A DNA stretch of 57,186 bases, counting the filler, from Sphacelaria rigidula (Eukaryota): assembly GCA_964200075.2 (NCBI GenBank). It is 6 parts of 6 records of this genome, joined end to end, with 100 filler letters (N's around TTAATTAATTAA, not from the genome) between each part and the next. Parts side by side here need not be neighbours in the genome. Positions count along the whole stretch, not along the records: positions 47,740 to 57,186 come from CAXNAA020008476.1; 5 more parts are not named here. One strand, given 5' to 3'. The position numbers were made by a program, and so were the translations under genes. The number at the start of each line of letters is the position of its first letter. The stretch's first letter is position 1. Positions 47,640-57,186 of the stretch are shown here, one piece after another. Under the pieces are notes generated by a model. The model was given only the letters and a program-made list of their open reading frames with translations, ran no database searches and had not been told where the DNA came from.

Positions 47640-47739
47640 NNNNNNNNNNNNNNNNNNNNNNNNNNNNNNNNNNNNNNNNNNNNTTAATTAATTAANNNNN
47701 NNNNNNNNNNNNNNNNNNNNNNNNNNNNNNNNNNNNNNN
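47640..47739. other. Artificial contig spacer
   Basis: N44-TTAATTAATTAA-N44. Confidence 0.98.
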
Positions 47740-48831
47740 GAGCAGTCGAAGTTTTTATGTGCCCCAAGTTGGAAGTCGCCCCCCACCCGAACACAATGCA
47801 CCCCGCACCAAGGGAGGAAACGAGAGCCAGCGCGAATGGCAGCTGACGCGACATCCCTGCGCCCATATGCTATTGGAGCGATGCGAGTAGCATGTTATTT
47901 GGCTAAGTTTTGTTTTCGTTCTTCCGTGCAATACGTGGGACTCTTCTTCCTTGCTGCTGTCGGACGTTTGCATTGTTTTTTAAATATTTTTTTTACTCTG
48001 CGCAATGATCACAACTGGATTTGTTGTAATCAGCTGACAGGGTTAGACACCCAATCCATGGATCGATCATGGGCACCGCATGGTGATTTTCGTGGTTGTT
48101 GGCGCGGGTGCAGAGACTACAGCGCTCTGAAAATAGTGCAGTAGTTTGTGCCAAGTTGAAATTGAATGATTCGGTTTTCATTTCGAGGAGGCAGGGCCGT
48201 AATTCCTGGCACCAACGTATTACGTGAGAGGAGGTGCAGTAGCACGCGAGAGTAGAGTTTGCCCGTCTATGTGTAGTTGTATTTTTTCATTCAGAGCACC
48301 CGGCAATTTCGCAGAATTTATGGTAAAGTAATATGGAAGGTTATATAATCAATTGGTATTTTGGCACATTGTTGTGTACATTGTATGCCTCCTGCGACCC
48401 CTGTTTGTTTTCCCCCTCATTTTCGTCCTTTTTCTGCTTGTTTACTTGTACGTGGAATATCATTGCGTATGATGCTCATCTTCGACATGGAACAATGTAA
48501 ACCTTCAAATAGATAATCTAATATCTATAACCGCACACCAAAAACATCAGACGACACAAGAATAATTAATTTGAATTGATCCAAACACGAAAATCAGGGG
48601 AAATCTGGGTATTAATTACCTGTGAAAACAAGACATGCCTGCTCCGACAGCTTCTGGCCTCAGCGTGAGTTGGCACCAGCTGTTGCATCGTGGGGAGTGC
48701 ATAGCGTTCGGTAAATACCGCGGGTACCCCCGATATTTACCGGGGTATCCCATACCGTGGTATGCGTAGGTATCGTAGGTATGAGATTTCAAAATACCGG
48801 ATTGGGCGGGTAGGGTAGGTATCGAAATCTC

Positions 48832-49262
48832 GAAATACGCCAGTATAAGGCAGCGAATTACCCAGTATCCGCCAGTATGAGGCGACGAAATACCCAGTAT
48901 TGCCATTATCCGCCAGTATAAGGCGGCAAAATACCCTGTCTCGCCAGTATCCGCGAGTTCGAGGCGGCAAAATACCCCGTATCGCCATTATCCGCCAGTC
49001 CAAGGCGGCAAAATACCCAGTATCGAGAGTATCCGCGAGTACGAAGCGGCAGAATACCCAGTATCGCCAGTATCCGCCAGTATGAGGCGGCGAACTACCC
49101 AGTATCGCCAGTATCCGCGAGTACGAGGCCGCAAAATACCCAGTATCGCCAGTATCCGCGAGTATGAGGCGGCGAACTACTCAGTATCGCTAGTATTTGC
49201 CAGTACGAGGCTGCGAAATACCCAGTATCGACATACAGTACCCACGTTCGAAATGGGCACGG
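48832..49262 (+). repeat. ~40-bp minisatellite (aaatacccagtatcgccagtatccgc.agta.gaggcggc) x~10, ending in a putative TIR
   Basis: Repeated units, followed by cagtacccacgttcgaaatgggcacgg. Confidence 0.88.
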
Positions 49263-49980
49263 CGTAAGTTGGGGGTTTTCTCGCGCACACTTCTTGACAG
49301 AAGTCAAATTTGCTAGCGTCGATAGATTTCGGTAAAATAAACAGATCGTCCTCAAAACACAGTGCCGAAGTTAGTGTTAGTCGATGTTGTCGGCGATAAG
49401 AGTAGATACCCCATGTATCAGGAGGGTGTTATTGACCGGGAAACACAGTTATTACGCTCTAGCGCAATAAGTAGGTGAAATAAAATATAAACTTTTCATT
49501 TGTTTGCAGATACGATCGAGATACGCTCGATCGACCGAGAATACCGAAGAGTCGGAATCTGGACTGAAACGTGTAAGGATCCCGATGACCGATCAGCCCG
49601 GAAGTCTCTCAATATTAAGTACATATGCTATTTTTTTGGAATGTGGAGCGGATACTAGTATCTTCAGGTCCCCAATGTGATGAAGAGTGGCAAGCGAAGG
49701 AACCTGGGAAAATCGCCAGTTTCGTAATCCAATTTTCAAATTGGTCGTTGTCTCAGGCTATTCCAGATTCGGCATTAGATTTCTGTGACAGAAAACACTC
49801 TCGTTTTTTCGGAATACTTTTAAAAAACGAGCAGAACTTTTTGAAAAAACTGCTCGAACCATGACACCATTATATGGAGTATAGGGTAGTACACTCAAAA
49901 CAAGATACTTTTGCAGTGGTGTATGGAGAACAGAGTACTAGCCTCAACACAAGACAACACGGTAGTTCTGCAGTGTTTTC

Positions 49981-50635
49981 TAGTTTTAGAACCTGAAGAT
50001 GGACTGTGTACAGTATGCATCAGCTTCTCTCGTTGCAACATCACAGCGTCCTGATCGATGCTTTATGTTACAGCTTGGTTACAGAGAGATGAACACAACA
50101 ATACAGCACATAACGCAATCTCAGCGGAGACCAAATCGTCTGAGCAAGATGCAACAACGGAGCACAACACCTGCATACCCAGCCCTGAAAACACACGCAC
50201 AGACATTCACACACGACAGCCTTTGTTTGACGGAAATCCGTCCAGTATTCGATGAAAGGCGACGCGTGCGTGCAACAAAAAACGGAAAAAACTCCCAGTC
50301 TTCGCATAAATATAGTTTTAGAACCTGAAGGCGGACTGTATACAGAGTGCATCAGCTTCTCTTGTTGCAAAATCACAGCGTCCTGATTGATCCTTTATGT
50401 TACAACTTGGTTACAGAGAGACGAAATCAACAATACAGCAATCAAGCAATCTCAGCGGAGACCAAACCGTCTTCGCAAGGTCTAAACCCACCCCAGAACA
50501 GTGATAGCTACGGCAGATGAGAGCGGAGTGTGTTTGCGCTGCAGTACAATGAGACAATGAGACAAGACATGTCCCATGTTTTACTTCTTCGGCTGATTTC
50601 ATTCACCGCTCGAAACCTGAAGACGGACTGTATTC
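49981..50635 (+). repeat. Direct repeat with ~330-bp period (two ~160-bp matching blocks plus a third short start)
   Basis: tagttttagaacctgaag..ggactgt...gcaatctcagcggagaccaaa at 49981 and ~50312; aacctgaagacggactgta at ~50614. Confidence 0.8.
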
Positions 50636-51639
50636 AAATATTCAAATGCAAGAAGTTGTAACCGAGATAGATAGATCTGCACACAGATTGAGAAATGCGG
50701 CGGGTGGCGCAGTGGCCGTTATTCCAAACATATACTTTTTTCAAGTTAATATTGATGTCGATTCAGCAGGTGACCTACCCTCGGGGTCAAGGGGTTAAAA
50801 GACGACCTCATAACCCATTTTAATCATTCCTGATCAACCATAGATTATATAACCAACACGCAGGCGTTTGAGCATCTTCGGTACACTGTTGTGTCTGTCT
50901 GTTCAGTACTGCCTGAGCGTCGTACTAGCTCCACACCTCCATCTGGCATCAAACGTCATGGCGCAACACGCGAGCGGCGGCCACGAGTACCCGACGCACG
51001 TAGACGTAGACAAGTACTTCGACGGTGAAGCGACCGCCACCGCCGAGCAATTGCTCTACGGTAGTCAGGGGCGTTCGCGGCGGTAGTCATGGTGCGATAT
51101 CTAAACGCATGCTGCGTACACTCGGCACGTTCAACATTGTAAGATCTAGTACGCCACAGACCGCATGTGCAGCCGCGGCACGATACATGCACTACAGTCT
51201 GCACGGCACAAATATGAGGCGTAAGAATCAGGTGGTCGACAACCACACCACCGTCTGTGTTATGACGCAACTATGTACCTCTTATGCACTCCCGGTCCCT
51301 TCCGCCGTAGAGTAGGCCTTTTGAGTTGTGACAAAGGAATGATTCTGAACCCCCAAAAGTGCAGTGTCTACCTCAGTCTACCAGCGGGGGGGTCGCTGTC
51401 TAAGGGTTAAAGTGGATTGTGAAAAAGGGGAATCCACTTCGTTGAAAAGGGCCCTATCAGCTCTAGCACTCTCTCTCCTTCACGCCGGTGGCTCAGACGC
51501 CGCCAAAGGAGGCGAGTCCCATCGCTCTTCATTGAAGGCGTCTGTCTCTTCTGTCCCTTTTCCATTACATTTCCAATGATAGAAAGGATGGGAAAATTGG
51601 AACCGCAATGCGAAGCAGAGCAATCTATATATTACCAAT

Positions 51640-52030
51640 CGTCCCACTTTGAACGTGGGGTATTGTACCCAGTATCCGCCAGTATGAACCGGTCTGAGAC
51701 AATGAAATACGCAGTATCACAAGTATGCACCAGTATGAGACGCTGAAATACCCAGTATCGCCAGTATCGTCAAGTACGAGGCGGTGAAATACCCAGTATC
51801 GCCAGTATCCGCCAGTATGAGGTGGCAAAGTACCCAGTATTACCAGTACCCGCCAGTACAAGACGGCAAAATACCCAGTATCACCAGTATCCGCCATTAT
51901 AAGGTGACAAAATACCCAGTATCGCCAGTATCCACCAGTATATGGTGGCGAAATACACAGTATTACCAGTATCCGCAAGTATCAGGCTGCAAAATACGCA
52001 ATATCACCAGTATCCACCAGTATGAGATGA
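51640..52030 (+). repeat. Second array of the ~40-bp minisatellite, preceded by the reverse complement of the putative TIR
   Basis: cgtcccactttgaacgtggggtattg, then aaatacccagtatcgccagtatcc units. Confidence 0.85.
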
Positions 52031-52532
52031 GGAATTACGGGGGGCATGCGGATACGGACCACTACGGAAATCCATACGGGCCATACTGGTACGGGTCATA
52101 CGGGGAGCATCTTTGCTATCTTGGTATCGCCTGTAGAGGTGCTCACTTCAGGAGGCACGGCGGTGCGAGCGCTGCCAGTGCTTTTGCGCGCTGAAACTTC
52201 GACCACATGTCATGTAGACAACAGACAACAATTTCATCTTGCTGACTCTGGGGTTGCGCAGTGTGTGCGTGCTTATTGGGGCGAAAATATGTCAGATTCT
52301 ATTCCGCTTTTTTTCTCTCTCTCTCTCTCTTGGCGTAAGACTGAATGAAGACGGCTACACCGAGAACAAGTCCAACGGTTTCGAATTTTACCTTACTGCC
52401 TGTGCACCATGTGTGTGTCATCACCCACTGTTGTTCAACAGCACTAAAGGCATGACATTCTGGCCAAGTCAAATTGACAGCATATTCCTCGTTCACACGT
52501 CGCTACCAATAGCACTGTGCAAGTGATTTCCG

Positions 52533-52898
52533 GTGTGTGTATGTGTGTGTGTTGTCGTCCCTTTTGTTCTGGACGCCGGGCTGCACCCTTCGGTGTATGT
52601 AGGCGCACCAGCCGGAGCCACACAGGAGGAAGGCCAACACACGAGTTTTTTTTTCTTTATTGTGTTGTTTTTGGTACTCCACCTTCCTTCTGCGGTGCTT
52701 GCCTTTTATTTATTTTTTGCGGGAGGGGTTCAGCAGTCCCTTTCCCTCGTCGACCGTGGAGGCGAATTTTGTGTAACCACGACGCATAGTCGCTCTCCAC
52801 TGTTGGGCATGAGTACAAATCCTAGATCGCTCCGAGATTCGAACCCACGACCTAACCGTCAGAAGGCTTCGAGGTTACCAACTGAGCCACGGGGGCGA
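52533..52898 (-). mobile_element. tRNA-derived SINE (family A), second copy
   Basis: Head gcccccgtggctcagttggt...gggttcgaatctc, with a (CA)n tail. Colinear with 30982-31348. Confidence 0.82.
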
Positions 52899-53294
52899 CC
52901 GGTAGTTTGTAGCATGAGTTATACCCAGAAACGATTAAAACTGTGAGATAAGCATGGTGCTGACAACAACATCCGTTTGTGTATGATGACAACCGCGATG
53001 TCGTTGTGGGCTAGACTAGGTTGTTTGAATGTCCATGACGTTGGCGTCCCCTTTCCGCTATTCACTAAGCGGTGAATTGTGCACTTTAATGCCACCTCTA
53101 TGCCAGCACAGGACTCAAGGCTGTAACTGTCAATACAGCGTCGTTCCAGCAATAAAACGCCTCTTCAACGACCGTGCCCCAGATCCAGGAGATCCGAACT
53201 TCGGGTAATCTGAGGCTGAGATCACCTCATCTTCCCGGATTGCTTGGTTGATGGGGAACAGACGACAAGGGGGTATACCCTGCCGGTAGCCGCC

Positions 53295-53882
53295 GCGCCT
53301 CGGTGGTTCAGTGGTTCGACTGTCACCCTTAGGGTGGAGAGAAAGGGGTTTGATTCACGATACCGTTGGTTTTCCCCTCAGGTATATGATTTTCACTGTT
53401 CGCAATGTTTCCGGGAAATCGATAGTTCTTTTATTATTTGCTCTGACTTGATCAAATTTTCATTTTTTGTGTGCTTCTCTTTGCCGGTAACACTGTCGTG
53501 TGCTTACAGCTACACGCCGATATACTACTCAGGGGTATCAAAGGCTTCAGTGGCAAGCTACTACAGGAAGCGCAACAGGCCTCGTGGAGGGGCATTTTCG
53601 GAAGTGAAGCATTGTACTCATTCATTGAGCCCTTCTCACTCCCAATCGTATCGTGGACTCTCTATCTCACGAAAACATTGTTCATCGGCAGCGTGAGCTG
53701 GTGCGTAAACACTAAAGTAGTTTGACTGAGTTCGTTTGGCGAGAGTTGACGCTGTGCGGGAGTGCTGAACCCATTCGCGACATCAAAATGCAGGACGTGT
53801 ACCAGGGATGGATGCTGATCCCTTGAGACCAGGGACTCGCTCCGAGGAAGGGGAGGAGTTCAAAGTGCGACGAAAAAACAAA
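53295..53882 (+). mobile_element. tRNA-derived SINE (family B, long form); middle part repeated at ~54120-54416
   Basis: A-box-like ggtggttcagtgg and B-box-like ggtttgattc. The 3' end is shared with 3833-3990 and 25445-25605. gtgtgcttacagc..cagtggcaagctactac is also present at 54190-54260. Confidence 0.7.
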
Positions 53883-56800
53883 CGTGGTGTTGGGGACAAA
53901 ACGGGTAGCGCACTTTTCTGTTCGCGGCGCAGCGCTGCACGCGGACTTAGCACCTCCACAACACGTTACACGGGCGCTATCCGCATTTGAAAGCATCTCT
54001 GACTCGTGATACGTGATGGATGGGTTCAACAACGTGCACGCAGAATGACACCGGATTGTGCTCGCACGCATTGAACAACGTTTTCGTGAGATTGAGAGTA
54101 GAGCGCTGATTGAGAGTGGTTTTCATAATTCGCTGGTGACTTCGTCAATTTTTCATTCCGTGTGTGCTTTTTTTGCCTCTATCACTGGCGTGTGCTTACA
54201 GCCACACGTCAATATCCTATCATAGTCAGGGATACCAAGGGCCTCAGTGGCAAGCTACTACGGAAAGCATATTGGGCCTCGGGGAGGGGCATTTCGGAAC
54301 TGAAACGATTCATTCACTAACTGACCGTTTTTCACTCTCAGTCGTATCCTCTACTCTCAATCTCACGAGAACACTGTTATTGGTGCCTCGTGTCACCAGC
54401 GTGAACCCGACTAAATTGTGGGACATGCATGTTGCACCCCGGTTCACGCCGAACGCGTGCCGTTCCACTCGGTGACAACCCCAATAGAAGGACTGTCGAG
54501 ATCCCTCGAGCAAGTGCAGTGCTAAGAGTGCCCTATGCAAAGTGTCAGTGCTAAGAGTGCCCCATGCAAAGTGTGCGTTGGTAGACCTCAAATCGGCGCC
54601 CGTGGCGCCTGTTTGGACAAAAACCGCTTTATGCGCACGCTGCTGAAGGAAGCCCCAGTGAAAATCCCATTCGCGGTGTTCCACACTCAGGTAAAGTAAT
54701 ATTAACCGTGAGAAGGATGGCTCTGAAGTGGAATTATACTGCAAGAGGGCCAAAACAACGTGGCCAAAAAAAGTCTGCAAATGTCAGATCCCACTACGCT
54801 GTGATCCCACATGTGATGACGTGCGTGCGGGCGACTGGCGGCAACACTTTTCACACTTCTTGGGATCTTCGTGATCTCCCGCAGATGGGCGTTCGCGCCC
54901 TGTCCACATGGTCGGATCTTTTGGGAATGCGGGACACCCACAAGTACGCCACGATTTTTTTTATCTTTGGGCTTTTCGGGCTATTCGGCAGGGTGTAAAT
55001 TTGCAAAAAGGGGTACGTTTGGGTGTCAACTGTGGAGCCCGCACCATTGAACATAATAGGGTATGTAAGTACACGTCAAAGAACATCGAAGGGTATGCAC
55101 GTGGACAAAAAGGGGGTACGATATAAGTTTTCAGCTGAGGTTCGTGTATACCCAGCTGGTGTGATTACAAAAATAGCTCTAACGAGGTCTCCTTTTCCGC
55201 GCCCTAGTCAAGCCTGTTGCCGCGTGTAAAGAAAGAGGTCGGGTATGCTGCCCTAGCACGTTGAGCCTGGGGTTGAGGCGATGGGACGTGTTTTGGAGGT
55301 GCCCAGCCCGCGTGCAGCGCCGCGCCGCAAACAGATATGTGTACTACAGTTTTTGTGCCCAACATCACAATGTTTACCCTTTTTTGTTTATTGCCCTTGA
55401 TTGATTGACGCCCACTAACTGATCCCCCAGGGATCCAGCCGTGGTCACACGAAAACGGGTAGGAAGAAAAAGTGATCAAAAGTGTTACGATTCGAGAAGA
55501 TTACTCTCCCGTGAGGTTTGGACAGTTATCTCACGTTCGGGTCAACCGGCGAACTCGTAACCCGTTCACACCCTGGACAATAGACCATCTATATGTGCAA
55601 TTCGCGATGGGACGGAAGATTCCTGCGTAAGGTATTGGTCTATTAACCATTGCATCGAAAGGCATCAGTAATGTTTTCCCGCGGATGGTAGAAAGAGGCT
55701 TGACATTGGATTGTGGGCGGTGATAGCCCATGGCCTGGGCGGTTGCCATTCTCTCGGCATCATTCTAGATAGATGTTAGTAATGCCACCGAAAAAAATGA
55801 TGGAGTGCGATATCCGATAATTGGGATAATGTAATGTGATGGGGAGATACAGAGGCTAAATTACTGTTTCTGAACACAGACCAGCGGGTTCTATAATTGT
55901 ATATATTTGGCGAATATGTCAGCGGCGCAAGGATCAACCACGAGCCAGCTGTTGGGTTGATACATGCGTCGTTGGTCGCTATCGTATTGGATGATGTGGA
56001 TTTATCGGTGGACATGTACGTAAGCGTATTTGAAGTTGAGCCTAGTGGATCTGAGTTGAGTTATGACTTTGAGTGAAGACATGTCCGGGGCAGGTCGACA
56101 GGTCGATGTAGTCGCCCTTTCGCAGCACTCCCTCATCGCTCCAAGGCTCCAGCAGTGTAGTAAAGGACTAATCAACACTTCGGCAGCATCTGATAGACTT
56201 CAACTATCCCCTTTCTGCGGTGACTGAGCCTCAGGATCAAGGAGACTAGAAGTGGGTCTCCCCTGAGTGTACTATATAACTTTTGTTCTACTCACTTCTC
56301 TATTTGTACCCATCTGTTTTATAGCTTCGCTAGCTGAGCATACAGTCAACTGTAGGAAGCTATTATAATTGAAAAGTCAATTGATCCTTTGAACAATCGT
56401 CATCACCATCCTGCGCCAAGCAGCTACGGTGACAATCCTCTCATCACTTGACATTTGGGGCTTCATGCACTACACCGGCAGAACAAGTGGGGCGATGCGG
56501 CCTCCTGGCAAAGCAACTGCTATCCGACCTCAGACTGCTGCCGAGGTAGCCCCCCTCCGAACCGGCCAAGAAAGTGCACGTAAGCGATGATCACATATGC
56601 CGTTAGAGCTGGTTTCGTGCTGCACGACGCGATTTATTCGGGCGTCACAGCTGATTTCGGACCGCTATGTTACAGATTTATTGGTCATGTTCCAGTCGAC
56701 TGGGTTTCATTTGTTATACTTTGTCATGCTTGGTACCTGATGGGTCATACTACATTGTTTGATTGGATTGACTTGGCCGCCCCCTTTGGGTCACAGCGTT

Positions 56801-57186
56801 TCGGACCATGCATCTTAACTAGCAAAGCACAAGTTAGCCTGTACGCCAATAATACAAGAGCATCTACGCTATCATGGACTGCTATCTCAGAGGATTCTCT
56901 GGTCTTCACAAATGTAAGCCCGACCTTTATGCAACTCATGTTGTCTTGCAGCCTGCGCGGCTCATGGCATGCCACCTGACCACTGGTGCGATGGCTAACT
57001 TTACACTTGGTAACGTCGATCTCAATGGCTTCGATACTAATGATAGTGTTTGGGCCTGCTAGCCCCGGTGCCCACTGAACTGGCACCTCCCTACCTAGGT
57101 GAAGAGTATCGTACCATGACAGCTACACGCCTCTCATGTGGGCGAAATTGCTGCGAACGATCCCAAGAGTGGGATCGCAGCCGGTT

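Noticed and set aside
50757-51410. piggyBac element suggested by two GGG|TTAA ends (~50798, ~51410)
   Set aside because: No matching TTAA|CCC left ends or transposase were found.

Overview
This is eukaryotic, intron-rich, repeat-dense DNA, most likely from a brown alga or related stramenopile. That is an inference from a heterokont-type 'SAF' plastid-targeting motif, long GT-AG introns and TTAGGG-like tracts. It is not one locus. Six contigs of near-identical length (9448, 9448, 9448, 9448, 9447, 9447 bp) are joined by artificial 100-bp spacers (N44-TTAATTAATTAA-N44), so no synteny can be read across the spacers. Four partial spliced genes can be reconstructed by hand: a plastid-targeted bacterial-type release factor RF3 (prfC), a DUF4470-family protein, a ferric-reductase/NOX-type membrane protein, and a large protein tentatively resembling BLTP2/FMP27/SABRE. 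There is also an intact tRNA-Glu(CTC). The rest is transposon debris: an internally deleted hAT transposase, a Copia gag plus an inverted RT fragment, two tRNA-derived SINE families, and many non-autonomous TIR elements. Three structures stand out. (i) A ~215-bp TGT...ACA MITE family with 4-5 bp TSDs carries telomeric TTAGGG repeats, and two of its three copies sit next to other telomere-like tracts. (ii) A 620-bp TGT...ACA foldback element has ~245-bp arms and a TTAC TSD. (iii) A TA-flanked mariner-type MITE carries a tRNA-like Pol III cassette with a compensatory stem change between copies.
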